Shown piece after piece: positions 1-10,391 of a stretch of 58,302 nucleotides of DNA (position 1 is its first letter; every line of letters starts with the position of its first letter). The stretch lies in IMG/VR virus record IMGVR_UViG_3300021387_000062. One strand, 5' to 3'. The position numbers and the translations under genes are program-made. This DNA comes from an uncultured virus (IMG/VR IMGVR_UViG_3300021387_000062) (taxonomy: Duplodnaviria > Heunggongvirae > Uroviricota > Caudoviricetes). A model generated the notes under the pieces. The model ran no database searches and was not told where the DNA came from. It was given only the letters and a program-made list of their open reading frames with translations.

Positions 1-71
1 CCAAGGCCGAGGCCAAGGTCGGCAAGGCGCGCAAGGTGGTTTACTCCCTCGCTCAGTGACCACTAATGACA

Positions 72-98
72 GAACGGTAACAGAAATGTTACCGTTTT
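72..98 (+). terminator. intrinsic terminator (similar hairpins near 961-987 and 3720-3751)
   Basis: AACGGTAACA-GAAA-TGTTACCGTT followed by T-rich run. Confidence 0.75.
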
Positions 99-201
99 GT
101 TTTTATTTCGTTTTTAGACGTACAACGTCTAAAATGGATACTTGCAAAATAAAAAAATTTGTGGTAATATATAGACACAATAAGAAAGGGGATAAAAAAC
201 A

Positions 202-402
202 ATGAAAATTGTAAAAACCGTTCATGTTTATGTAACTAAGCAAGAGGCCGAAATCATTGGTAATTTCTGTGCGCTTCTGGATGAAATGGATCCTGAAACA
301 TGGAGCGCACTTGATGATGCAATGCTTGGTGATCTTGGCATGCTTGCTGAAAAGGCCGATGACCTCAATGATTTGGTTGAATATGAAGAAGAATAGCAAT
401 AA
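202..402 (+). CDS. small acidic hypothetical protein (TAG read as Gln extends it to TAA at 400-402)
   Basis: RBS AAGGGG, own promoter, ends GAA TAG CAA TAA. Confidence 0.75.
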
Positions 403-520
403 AGATTTTCGGAGAATATTTTTCTCCGAAAATCCAATTTAGACGTTATACGTCTAAATCCAACTCTTGCAATTTTCCGCAAAATGTGGTATCATATAGA
501 CACTGAAGGAGGTAATAAAA

Positions 521-952
521 ATGAAAAAATCAATCAATTTTGATATGGACGGAACAATTGCTGATCTTTACGGCGTGGAAGGTTGGCTTGAGGACTTACT
601 GCACGAAGATGTGCGCCCATACGCTGAAGCCCGCCCGCTCGTGAATCTTCAGAGGTTGGCGCGCCTGTTGAATAAGCTTATTCGCGAGGGATATAGCGTC
701 AACGTGATTTCCTGGACAAGCCGCAACGGTTCGGCTGAATATAACAGAGCCGTTGCAAAGGTCAAAATCCAGTGGCTTGAAACTCACCTCCACTCGGTCA
801 AGTTCTCAAAGATTGAGATTCTTCCCTATGGGACGCCGAAGGAGCTTTTCGGTGAGGGAATCCTCTTCGATGACGAGGAACACAACAGAGAATCCTGGGG
901 CGAGGGAGCATACACCGAAAAAGAAATTTTTGAGGTTTTGAAAAATCTCTAA
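521..952 (+). CDS. HAD-superfamily 5'(3')-nucleotidase-like phosphatase
   Basis: FDMDGT HAD motif I, ILFDD motif IV, RBS GGAGG. Confidence 0.75.
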   Translation: MKKSINFDMDGTIADLYGVEGWLEDLLHEDVRPYAEARPLVNLQRLARLLNKLIREGYSVNVISWTSRNGSAEYNRAVAKVKIQWLETHLHSVKFSKIEILPYGTPKELFGEGILFDDEEHNRESWGEGAYTEKEIFEVLKNL

Positions 953-1119
953 AAAAACGAAAGTGTTACAGAAATGTAACACTTTTTCCGTAAATTCCTT
1001 TTAGACGTTATACGTCTAAATATGTGTATTGACTTTTACCTAAAATGTGATATAATTCATAATGTCAGGAGGGAAAAGAAGTTACACCCACTGAACACTA
1101 TATGAAAGAGGTACTATTC

Positions 1120-1869
1120 ATGAAAATCTGTGTATTCGACACTGAAACCACTTCCCTGGACAAGCCGTTCTGCTATAATATTGGTTATGTTGTGATTAAT
1201 ACCGAGGACTGGTCTACCCTCTGCCGCCGTTCCTATGTCGTGGAACAAGTTTGGCACAATCTGCCTCTGTTCTCTTCCGCCTACTATGCGGACAAGCGTC
1301 CTCTGTACGTCGCGGCAATGCGGGCGCGCACCACCACAATGGACAAGTTCGGATATATCTGCCAGCAGATGATCAGGGACTTTCGTAACTATCAGGTTGA
1401 GGTTGCTTTCGCTTATAACTCTTCTTTCGATGAGAAAGTTTTTGCTTTTAATTGTGATTGGTACAAGTGTAACAATCCTTTTGACACTATCCCCGTGAAA
1501 GATATTCGCGGTTATGTTCATCAGTTCCTCATCAATGACGAATACAAGCAGTTTTGTGATAAACACGGTTATTACACCGAAACAGGCAATTATTCTTCCA
1601 CCGCAGAAACCGTTTACAGGTTCATCTTCAACGATACAGAGTTTCTTGAAGCACACACCGCGTTGAACGATTCTGAAATCGAGGCCGAAATTCTGAGACA
1701 GTGCATTTTGTCCGGTGCAAAACTCGAAGGCGAATACAAAACACTTCGTTCAATCGAAAAAATTCAGGAAAAAACACTTCACATCAGAACACCGGAACAA
1801 ATTGATTATTACTTTGATTATTCCAAAATCAGAATTAACAAAGAAAAGACAGAAATTACACTTCGGTAA
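1120..1869 (+). CDS. DEDDh 3'-5' exonuclease
   Basis: FDTETT, AYNSSFD and HTALNDS motifs; GAGG before ATG 1120. Confidence 0.85.
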   Translation: MKICVFDTETTSLDKPFCYNIGYVVINTEDWSTLCRRSYVVEQVWHNLPLFSSAYYADKRPLYVAAMRARTTTMDKFGYICQQMIRDFRNYQVEVAFAYNSSFDEKVFAFNCDWYKCNNPFDTIPVKDIRGYVHQFLINDEYKQFCDKHGYYTETGNYSSTAETVYRFIFNDTEFLEAHTALNDSEIEAEILRQCILSGAKLEGEYKTLRSIEKIQEKTLHIRTPEQIDYYFDYSKIRINKEKTEITLR

Positions 1870-2002
1870 CAAAAGGGAAAGATTACATTTTGTAATCTTT
1901 CCCAAAAATATGGTTTAGACGTCATACGTCTAAATTAGAGTCTTGCAATTTTCCAAAATTTATGATAATATATAGACACAATAAGAAAGGAGATAAAAAT
2001 AA

Positions 2003-2200
2003 ATGACTGTAAAAGAACTGAAGAACATTTTAGATAAATATAATGATGATGCTTTTGTGCGAGTCACTGGCGGCGAATGTGAATCCGGTGACTGGGCGCA
2101 ACTTGAAGTTGGTCAATATACACAATACTCATATATTGACTATAAAGGCAATCAGCAGTTTTATCAAGATTTTGACGGTGACGTGGTTCTTGATGGATAA
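2003..2200 (+). CDS. hypothetical protein
   Basis: RBS AAGGAG, own promoter, downstream hairpin. Confidence 0.7.
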   Translation: MTVKELKNILDKYNDDAFVRVTGGECESGDWAQLEVGQYTQYSYIDYKGNQQFYQDFDGDVVLDG

Positions 2201-2334
2201 TCGGAGATTTTCTCCGAGAATCCAATTTAGACGTATAACGTCTAAACAAGGGTATTGCGTTTTTCTGAATTTTGTGGTAATATATAGACACTGAAGGGAA
2301 CGAAAGAGTCCCAAATAAGAAAGGGGTACAAACC

Positions 2335-2676
2335 ATGAAACTTGCACTTGCTAACTCTGTCCGTGAACTCACCATCAATCGTCTGTATGCTTTCCTCGAG
2401 GAAGCTGGCGAGGACGTCGGCATGGTCAATTCTAACACGCTGAATTTTCCCACCGTCTATGAGGGCGAGGAGTGCTTCGTGGAGGTTGTGGCCAAGGTGG
2501 TCAAGAAGGATTCTGATGAGTGCTATCAGGAGCGCGAGGACTACAAGGCCAAGCTGATCGAGAAGGCCGAGAAGAAGGCCGAACGTGAGAAGGTCGCCGC
2601 CGAAAAGAAGGCGGCCAGGGAGGCGAAAGAGGCCGAAAAGGCCGCCGCAAAAGCCGCCAAGGAGGCCGGGGAGTAA
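2335..2676 (+). CDS. hypothetical protein with Lys/Ala/Glu-rich tail; paralog of 5137-5466
   Basis: RBS; shares TLxxPTV...DYxxKxxEK pattern with 5137-5466. Confidence 0.75.
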   Translation: MKLALANSVRELTINRLYAFLEEAGEDVGMVNSNTLNFPTVYEGEECFVEVVAKVVKKDSDECYQEREDYKAKLIEKAEKKAEREKVAAEKKAAREAKEAEKAAAKAAKEAGE

Positions 2677-2770
2677 TCCCCGGTTTTCTCAAAAATAAAA
2701 CTTAGACGTAGAACGTCTAAATTAAGGTCTTGCAATTTCCCTAAAAATGTGGTATATTATAATCACAAAA

Positions 2771-2926
2771 GAGAGTTGGTGCAAGCGTTATTAAAAAGAA
2801 TTAACGGTGTGCAACGTTAATAAACTATTTAATAACGGTATTCTTAAATAGTTGCAAATATTTAAGTAATATGTAAGCACGTTTGCTATGGGAGCAAAAA
2901 ATACGGTAGAAATCCGTACTCTCACC
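2771..2926 (+). ncRNA. putative structured ncRNA occupying one promoter cassette
   Basis: No RBS or ORF after the promoter; GAGAG/CTCTC closing stem, TGCAA-loop hairpins, T-arm-like TACGG-TAGAAAT-CCGTA. Confidence 0.55.
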
Positions 2927-3046
2927 CTTTTAGACGTTGTACGTCTAAATCCACTGATTGACAAAATCCCTTTTCTGTGATATCATATACACGTAATCAA
3001 GAAGGGACGCCGAACTTGATTAACACTATGAAATGAGGTATCTACT

Positions 3047-3712
3047 ATGACCATCGACAAGCGCAAGAACTATTATCTGACCATTGACACGGAGACCGCC
3101 AACGGTCTTGACGATCCCATGATGTACGACCTGGGCGGCTGTATCCATGACCGTCAGGGCAACGTATACGAAACTTTCAGCTTCGTTATCTATGACGTGT
3201 TCTGTGCTGACCGTCAGCTCTTCAATACGGCGTACTATGCCGAGAAGCGCCCCATGTACGAGGCCCAGATCGCCGCAGGCCAGCGCAAGATTGTCTCCAT
3301 CTACACCGCCAAGCGCCACGTTGCTGACCTGTGCAAGAAATACAACGTCAAGGCGATTATTGCCCACAACGCCCGCTTCGACTATCGCTCTACCAACTAC
3401 ACCCTGCGCTATGTCACCAAGTCCAAGAGCCGCTATTTTCTCCCCTACGGCATTCCCCTGTGGGACACACTGAAGATGGCGCAGGACACCATCTGCAAGC
3501 AAAAAACCTACATCAAGTTCTGCCAGGACAATGATTACATGGTACGCGGACGCGTCCGGGCCACCGCCGAGATCCTCTACCGCTATATCAAGAGCGATAA
3601 CGATTTCGTTGAAGATCACACCGGCCTCGAGGATGTGCTGATTGAAAAAGAGATCTTTGCTAAGTGCATGGCACAACACAAAAAAATGCGGAAGGATGTG
3701 TGGAGCAAGTAA
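3047..3712 (+). CDS. DEDDh 3'-5' exonuclease (paralog of 1120-1869)
   Basis: IDTETA, AHNARFD, HTGLEDV; shared AYYAxKRPxY and TAExxYR segments. Confidence 0.85.
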   Translation: MTIDKRKNYYLTIDTETANGLDDPMMYDLGGCIHDRQGNVYETFSFVIYDVFCADRQLFNTAYYAEKRPMYEAQIAAGQRKIVSIYTAKRHVADLCKKYNVKAIIAHNARFDYRSTNYTLRYVTKSKSRYFLPYGIPLWDTLKMAQDTICKQKTYIKFCQDNDYMVRGRVRATAEILYRYIKSDNDFVEDHTGLEDVLIEKEIFAKCMAQHKKMRKDVWSK

Positions 3713-3849
3713 ACAGAATGTAACGGAGTGTAACCACTCCGTTACTTTTTTCTTAAAATATAATTTAGACGTTATACGTCTAAGTAATAGAATTGACTTT
3801 TTACTGAAAATATGATAAGATATAAACACTTAAGAAAGGAGATAACATC

Positions 3850-4050
3850 ATGAGAAATAATCTGTATGACTTCCTGTTTGAACTGACTGAAGAATCTGAA
3901 AATGAAGGTGAACAGATTCTTGTCGAAGAATCTTGCCTTGAGAGTGCTTATGAATCTCTTGCCTATAATGGATTTAGAGAAGAAGAAGTGCGATATATTC
4001 GTCGCATGTCTGTCTTGGAAGGCGACATGCTTGGACTGGATACTTATTAA
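3850..4050 (+). CDS. acidic hypothetical protein
   Basis: RBS AAGGAG, own promoter. Confidence 0.7.
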   Translation: MRNNLYDFLFELTEESENEGEQILVEESCLESAYESLAYNGFREEEVRYIRRMSVLEGDMLGLDTY

Positions 4051-4151
4051 GTACCCAGCTTAATTTAGACGTATTACGTCTAAGAATAACTATTGCTTTT
4101 TCTTTAAAGATATGATATCATATAATCACAAAGAAAAAGGAGTTATAAAAA

Positions 4152-4406
4152 ATGAGTAAAGAATTTGAAAAACTTTTTCGTGTCCTCGCCGCGATGTTTC
4201 TTATCCGTGAACGTAATGCCCAAAATAGGAAAGATCATAGCGCGGCAGTTGCATATGCCAATGCTTATGATTGGCTTTGCTATGCAGTTGAAAAAAATAA
4301 AGAGTGCTTGCTACAATTTGATGATATTGGGGAAGCAATTGATTTTGCATATAATCATCAAAATATTCCTATTTGGGAATTTGAAAATTTTTTCAAAAAT
4401 AACTAA
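4152..4406 (+). CDS. hypothetical protein
   Basis: RBS AAGGAG, own promoter. Confidence 0.7.
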   Translation: MSKEFEKLFRVLAAMFLIRERNAQNRKDHSAAVAYANAYDWLCYAVEKNKECLLQFDDIGEAIDFAYNHQNIPIWEFENFFKNN

Positions 4407-4521
4407 TGGAGAATTTTAATTCTCCAATTTTAGGTTAGACGTATTACGTCTAATTTTAATTCTTGCAATTCTTTCTAAAATATGATATCATATAATCACC
4501 AAGAGAAAAGGAGTTATAAAA

Positions 4522-4713
4522 ATGAAAGTTTATGTTGTTGAAGAATATTTAAATGACTATTCTGAAAATGGTGGCGGTTTTCAGGGCATCGCCGCTGTCT
4601 TCACAGACAAAGCAAAAGCAATTGAATTTTGCAAGCCGTCTTGTCTTTTTGAAGATTATGAATCCATAGACGGTGAAACTTATTATGAATATGTAGAGTG
4701 TGAAGTTGAATAA
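4522..4713 (+). CDS. acidic hypothetical protein
   Basis: RBS AAGGAG, own promoter. Confidence 0.7.
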   Translation: MKVYVVEEYLNDYSENGGGFQGIAAVFTDKAKAIEFCKPSCLFEDYESIDGETYYEYVECEVE

Positions 4714-5136
4714 ACTTCACATTTTTATTTTTAGACGTTTTACGTCTAACTTCTCCCAAAACTTAGACGTTGCACGTCTAAATCCCAAATTTCAAGTTTT
4801 TTCTTTAAATAATTTATGAACAAATTGTGAATTTTCCATGAATAGTTAGTCTTATCTAACTCCGCAGAGTTTGCGCGTGCATTCACTCCCGCAATCTGGC
4901 CGCCCATATGCAGCAACTCCGTTGTCAAATTTTGTGTGCAGCTGCGAATGAGCTGCGTCTGGAGCTGGAAAATTCTATGAGCTGCAGCTGCGCCCGGCTG
5001 CAATTTAGAAAAAATTCCAATAAAAATCAAAATTTGACATAAAATTTTATGAATTTTGCCATCCTAAAAACTATTGACAAAATTAAATTTTTATGATATA
5101 ATATTTATAGAAAATAAAATTAAAGGAGAAAAATTT

Positions 5137-5466
5137 ATGACTCAAAAAAACATTACTGACCAGCTGCGTGCCAACTTTACTACGGATCTCGCGATTTTCC
5201 TCGCACAGAAATACGATGTGGATGTATGCCAGACCGCGGCTGGCACTCTCATGATTCCCACTGTTGACGCGGCCGGCGAAGATCGCTGGGTAAAGTTCAG
5301 CATCATCATTCCGAAGGAAGCGTCCGAAGAAGAAGGCAACGACGGCTATTCTCTGGCGCGCGATTATCAACTGAAAATCGCAGAAAAGTCTGCAAAACGT
5401 GCAGAAAAAGAGAAAATTTCCCGAGAAAAAGCCGAAAAATCCAAGAAATCCAAAGAAAAAATTTGA
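5137..5466 (+). CDS. hypothetical protein, paralog of 2335-2676
   Basis: RBS AAGGAG before ATG 5137. Confidence 0.75.
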   Translation: MTQKNITDQLRANFTTDLAIFLAQKYDVDVCQTAAGTLMIPTVDAAGEDRWVKFSIIIPKEASEEEGNDGYSLARDYQLKIAEKSAKRAEKEKISREKAEKSKKSKEKI

Positions 5467-5589
5467 AAAATACTAAAATCTATAGTATAATATATATAGA
5501 AAGTGAGAGAGAAAGAAAAAATAAACTCTCTCCCTAATAAAAAATTTAATTTAACGGGTCGTGACCTACCACGAGAAAGAGGTAAATCT

Positions 5590-5961
5590 ATGAAGACTCG
5601 CGAATTCTATGAAGCAATTATCAACGGTACTGAGATCAACGACGAGCTGCGCGCGTTCGCTACCGAAGCTCTTGAGAAGATGGATGCGCAGGGTGTCGCC
5701 CGCCGCGCCAAGCAGGCTGAGAAAGCCGCTGAGAAGCAGGCTGCTAAGGCCCCGCTCCGTGACGCTCTGTTCGAAGTCATGGGCGATGTGAATGAGCCGA
5801 AGACCGCTTCGATGCTCATTGAGGAAGCTGGACTGACCGAGACTGTGAAGCCGGCCAGTGTTCCGTCTCTGCTGCGCCCGCTCGTTGAGTGCGGCATGGT
5901 CCTGAAGGTTGACGTGAAGATCCCCAGCAAGGGAACCCAGCGCGGCTACATCAAGGCCTAA
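5590..5961 (+). CDS. hypothetical protein, possible C-terminal winged-helix DNA-binding domain
   Basis: RBS GAGG; C-terminus resembles the truncated gene end at 1-59 (KVGKARKVVY). Confidence 0.65.
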   Translation: MKTREFYEAIINGTEINDELRAFATEALEKMDAQGVARRAKQAEKAAEKQAAKAPLRDALFEVMGDVNEPKTASMLIEEAGLTETVKPASVPSLLRPLVECGMVLKVDVKIPSKGTQRGYIKA

Positions 5962-5980
5962 ACAAAACGGGTTTCAGCCC

Positions 5981-6775
5981 TATGTATACGTACTACTTAT
6001 ACGTAGTACGTATATTTTTTTATATACATATACTTATAAGTATATATAAAAGTGAAAATTCGTAAGTGAAAATTTGACAAGGTATATGTAGATATGGTAT
6101 AATATATATAGAAGGTAAGTTTAAGATATATTTATAGAAAATATATATAAGCTATACGTTTTTGCAAAATTTCTGGAAAATATATTATATATAAAATTAT
6201 ATATAAAATAAAAATTTGAAAATATACTAAATTTGTGCGCTGGCACATAAAATAAACACAAAATAAACATAGAACTATATACTATATATATAAATCGCTT
6301 CGCCCTATGTCGGACCTTGTCCCGAACAAAATGCCCCATTATTCCATTTATACTTTCTACGTATACGTTTTTACGTATACGATTTTTTATACGTATACTT
6401 ATAGGTATACTTATACGTATTTATATATATGTCTACTGATGCGCCCTATACTTATAAGTATACTTATATGTATTTATGTTTACGTTTTTCTGGGCGCCCC
6501 TATATTTATACGTATTACGTATAAGTTATACTTATATGTATTTACGTATATATTTTTCCGCTGTCCCCTTTATATATAAGTATACTTATACGTTTTTCTT
6601 TTTTGGAAAATTATAGGGATATATTATATATATTACTTATACGTTTTATATATATCCTATATATACATATACTTATACGTATTACTTATACGTTTATATA
6701 TAATATAATACTTATAAGTATAAATTATAGAAATACTTATAAGTATATTTTAATTTCCTATCTTTTTGTTTTTAT
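5981..6775. repeat. AT-rich low-complexity region with many ATACTTATA(A/C)GTAT and TATACGTA units; candidate origin or genome-end region
   Basis: Dispersed short palindromic repeats; lies where the + and - strand gene blocks converge. Confidence 0.6.
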
Positions 6776-7051
6776 GTAGACAATCTAGGGATGTCTCTCT
6801 AAATTTTTGAAGAATTTTATCTCTGAAAATTTCCAAAAAATGTTAAAGGCGGCCGAGTCATGAATTTGACTGGTCGCCATTAATTCCCGCTATTATACAG
6901 ACACTTGTATATGTACCGTTTTCAATTCGAACATGTTCAACTGGCTTTTGGATATAGACTTGATCTGCTAACTAAATCTCTACATATACCTAAGCCGCAT
7001 CACAGCCATTATCACTATGAAGAGCCAATATATCTTTGAGTTCTTTTACTG

Positions 7052-7384
7052 TCATGACTCAATTCCAGATCTAACTTCAGCTACAATCCGCTTAGCTTCT
7101 TTATGAGCTTCATAAGAATCCCGCAGATAATCAGCCATCTTATGCGCCCGAGTCTGAAAATCTTTCAACTCTTCACACATCTCAAGATACTTTTTCTGCG
7201 CCCGAGCATACCGCTTAGCTGCAATCTTTTCATTACACCGAGCTGCCGCAAGTGCCTTACCAGTTTCTTCGTTAAAAGTATCACCAGGATGACACTTCGC
7301 AATTCCACGAACGGTGCGGCCGCCGTATGAAGACAGCGCAATAACCTTATTCGGCGTAACTACATACTTATAATTTGTAAACAT
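7052..7384 (-). CDS. hypothetical phage protein
   Basis: RBS AGGAG before MFTNYK; GIAKCHPGDTFNEETGKALA motif. Confidence 0.7.
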   Translation of the reverse strand: MFTNYKYVVTPNKVIALSSYGGRTVRGIAKCHPGDTFNEETGKALAAARCNEKIAAKRYARAQKKYLEMCEELKDFQTRAHKMADYLRDSYEAHKEAKRIVAEVRSGIES

Positions 7385-7386
7385 TT

Positions 7387-7665
7387 TTATTCTCCTTCTG
7401 TATTTTCTAAAAAATCTTCTTCTGTACAATATTCCCAGCCACAATAAGCTAGGGCATCTTCATAATATTCTTCACATTCATCTTCAGATTCCCAATCTGA
7501 ATCATATCCACGAACAACCCATTCATAAGTTTCAGCATTTTCATAACCTATCTCACTAGAATATTCGTCAATTTCTTCTTCAGTTACTTCATCTTCAAAC
7601 TTTTCATATTCTTCATAATCACAGCCGCAATATCCATTACCGCCGTAAAACCGCACATATTTCAT
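7387..7665 (-). CDS. acidic hypothetical protein
   Basis: ORF (start uncertain, probably MKYVRF). Confidence 0.6.
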   Translation of the reverse strand: MKYVRFYGGNGYCGCDYEEYEKFEDEVTEEEIDEYSSEIGYENAETYEWVVRGYDSDWESEDECEEYYEDALAYCGWEYCTEEDFLENTEGE

Positions 7666-7729
7666 ACCACTATTTTCCTTTTCATCATCATCCGTAGTCA
7701 GATTTTTCATATTATATTATACTAATTTA

Positions 7730-8005
7730 TTACTGCTTAAAAGAATTATTTGAACCGCATCTCGGACAATAGTTATCATAATCAAATAACAAAATTTTAG
7801 CATTACAACTAGAACATCTCATAGTATGAATTATATAGAGATTACTGTCTTTATCAAGAGCGTCAATACAATCTAATTCAAACCAGCTTCCTATCTTTTG
7901 AACACTTTCTGTACTAGGAATAGCATTAATTGCAGCTTTAGTTTTTGACCAACTAGAACTCGAATCAATTATAGAACAAACTAACTTTTTCTCTGCATCA
8001 GTCAT
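7730..8005 (-). CDS. Zn-ribbon hypothetical protein
   Basis: CSSC...CPRCG; RBS AGGAG. Confidence 0.65.
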   Translation of the reverse strand: MTDAEKKLVCSIIDSSSSWSKTKAAINAIPSTESVQKIGSWFELDCIDALDKDSNLYIIHTMRCSSCNAKILLFDYDNYCPRCGSNNSFKQ

Positions 8006-8021
8006 AATATTATAACTCCTT

Positions 8022-8096
8022 TGGCAGGGGCGCTGAGAATCGAACTCAGACCTACGATTTTAGAGACCGTAGTGCTTACCTTTACACAACACCCCA
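8022..8096 (-). tRNA. amber suppressor tRNA, anticodon CUA (Gln-like body)
   Basis: Cloverleaf TGGGGTG...ACGGT-CTCTAAA-ATCGT...CTGAG-TTCGATT-CTCAG-CGCCCCT-G-CCA; G73, unpaired 1:72. Confidence 0.93.
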
Positions 8097-8104
8097 GTAT
8101 TCAT

Positions 8105-8326
8105 TTAACTATTCATAAATTCTAGAATATCTATCCACTCACATTTTTCTACAATCGCTGCATCTTCATCAATTCCCATTTCTTCAGCTTCCATATAAAT
8201 TAATTCAATAGCTCGCGGCCAACCACTATAAAGATCAATTACAACTTCACGATATGCAATTCCTTTACTCCAAGTACCATCACGTAAATACTGAACTTCG
8301 GTTGGCCCCGGATAAAAATATCTTTT
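8105..8326 (-). CDS. hypothetical protein
   Basis: ORF with RBS AGGAG. Confidence 0.6.
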   Translation of the reverse strand, partial: KRYFYPGPTEVQYLRDGTWSKGIAYREVVIDLYSGWPRAIELIYMEAEEMGIDEDAAIVEKCEWIDILEFMNS

Positions 8327-8985
8327 CATTACTTCTCCTATCATTTTATATATTAATTATACCATAAGATTAGACAAAAATCAAATTTTTACTACTTCCC
8401 TTCGAGGTGATAAATATGAGCATGGCCGAAGTTATTGATTATATATTACATACACCAGAAAATTCAAATCCAAACGTTTTAAGAGATATGATTGACGTTA
8501 TGCTTACTTCCTTAGCTGGATTAAGAGATGTTAATATTTTAGATCCATAGCCAAATCAATTTCTCTTTTTTGATGAAACTTTAGGTAAATGGGTAAACGT
8601 AAATATATATGATAAAATTATCATTGAGTAATAGATTTTCTATTACTCTTATTTTTATATTATTCGGTAAATTCTCCTTCTTGAATTAGCTCATTCCACT
8701 CTTCAATCAACTTTATTTTATTGCTACTCCATTTACGTAGAGCGCGGCCGGCCCATCCACAATTACACATTATTTTATAACCTTCATCTTCTGCTTTATC
8801 GAATTTTACTTGTGATACTAAAATTACTACCGAATTACAGAATGGACAAGGCCGCGCACTGGAATCAGAAATCTATTTAACAATATACATTAGTGCCGCC
8901 ACCTATTGTTACTTGTGGCGTACACATATGCTATTACAACCATAAATAAAACAATTACAGCAATATTTGAATCCATAATTTCTCC

Positions 8986-9609
8986 TTAATCACCATATTT
9001 CCAATAATATCCGCCAGCTTTTGTGCCCTTAATACAACTCCGAGAAATATTATTAATACCAGTCATTTCAGTTGCCTATTTAATAGATTCAAAAGTATTA
9101 ATTAAATTTCCATCCGCATCAAACTAATTTACAGAATGACATTTTGATTTTCCTGACGTTTTTGCACCACGAGCACGGCCTTCTTCTGAAGAATAATTTT
9201 CATATGTTAATAATCTCTATCTAACCCACTATCTAGTAAGACCAACTTGTTCAGCAATCTATTCAGTACTCAATCCTTGATCCCATAATTCTTCTAATAA
9301 AGACTAATCAATTTCTTTATTAGTTCCTTTACCTCCGCTGGTTAAATTATAACCAACATTAACAGTATCAAGCTCTTTTATCCAATAAATTTCTCTTTCA
9401 TCTAATAATTCTTGTGGACAAGATTCAATTACTTCTATATTAAAATTATCTTCTCCATATTTTCTAATGGCGGCATGTAAATGAGCGCATTTCGCTTCAG
9501 CATAAGCTTCATTTACGTGCTACTTCCATCTATTTTTAATACTCTATACAGTCTAACCTACATAGATCTTTCCATTTATAATATTAGTAATCTTATAAAT
9601 ATAAGCCAT
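8986..9609 (-). CDS. GIY-YIG homing endonuclease (TAG = Gln)
   Basis: MAYIYKITNIINGKIYVG*T...REIYWIKELDTVNVGYNLT; continuous if TAG is read through. Confidence 0.85.
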
Positions 9610-9679
9610 CTTTCTCACCTCTAATATTAAGTGACTTTTTTAAAGGAAAGATCTATAAAAATGATTACCTTTACAAAAA

Positions 9680-10375
9680 TCAATCACTGAAACCGCTTAA
9701 GTCTAAGATAACCGGATCGCCATTAAAGCGATAGCCATAATTAGCCGTATGCATATCTTCCATCATCTGCGGCAACTCATCATTAGCCCAGTCACAAAAC
9801 TCAACAAAAGCATCGGCGCCATAAATATCAATTGCTCTCGCGGCCCACTCAAGATCAAAATACTTATTGCAATTTCTTGCCTTCTCAAGAGAAGCATCAG
9901 TTGCTTCATAAGTATTTCTATTCTCACATCTCGGCAGCACCTTTTCTTGAACATACACATTGTATCCATCAATGTTGCAAAGATACATCATATCAGGAAC
10001 AAACATTTCATATCCTTCGTTCTGGATTTCAATAGTATATTCAAGCTCAGTCTCACAGTAATCCCATCTAGATCTGCCGCCCGCGCGATAGAACGGACAC
10101 CAAGTACCATCATCACAATGATTCTCATCAATCCACAGGTATTCGCGCTGACCATTAAACGGGATCTTAATTACAAAAGGAAGATCATTAACATCAATAA
10201 CGAGCTTAGTTACACCGCTGGTAACAAAGAAATCTCCACCCACAACGTCTTCAATCTGAGACTCAATAGGATAAGTATCGAAATCACCATCGTCACATCC
10301 AAACTCTTCCGGAAGTTCCAACACAGAAACAATTTTACGAGCCTTTTCGAGATCTTCAGCCTTGAACTCAAACAT
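9680..10375 (-). CDS. protein-kinase-like fold protein
   Basis: VIKIP, DMHTANYG catalytic loop, ILDLS. Confidence 0.65.
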   Translation of the reverse strand: MFEFKAEDLEKARKIVSVLELPEEFGCDDGDFDTYPIESQIEDVVGGDFFVTSGVTKLVIDVNDLPFVIKIPFNGQREYLWIDENHCDDGTWCPFYRAGGRSRWDYCETELEYTIEIQNEGYEMFVPDMMYLCNIDGYNVYVQEKVLPRCENRNTYEATDASLEKARNCNKYFDLEWAARAIDIYGADAFVEFCDWANDELPQMMEDMHTANYGYRFNGDPVILDLSGFSD

Positions 10376-10391
10376 TTTAATCTTCCCTTCT

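Larger units (their letters stand above)
113..4782. promoter_or_regulatory. 12 copies of palindrome TTAGACGT-N3-ACGTCTAA (21-mers starting at 113, 438, 1000, 1914, 2226, 2701, 2929, 3764, 4064, 4434, 4730, 4762); ten precede a sigma-70-type promoter
   Basis: Read directly; TTGCAA/TTGACW-like -35 starts after an 8-bp gap in copies 1-10. Confidence 0.9.

Noticed and set aside
113..4782. Palindromic repeats as a CRISPR array
   Set aside because: Spacing is irregular (11 to about 900 bp), intervals contain whole genes with promoters, and no cas genes are seen.
6121..6579. Tyr/Ile-rich ORFs in the repeat field
   Set aside because: Translation artefacts of TATA/TACG repeats.
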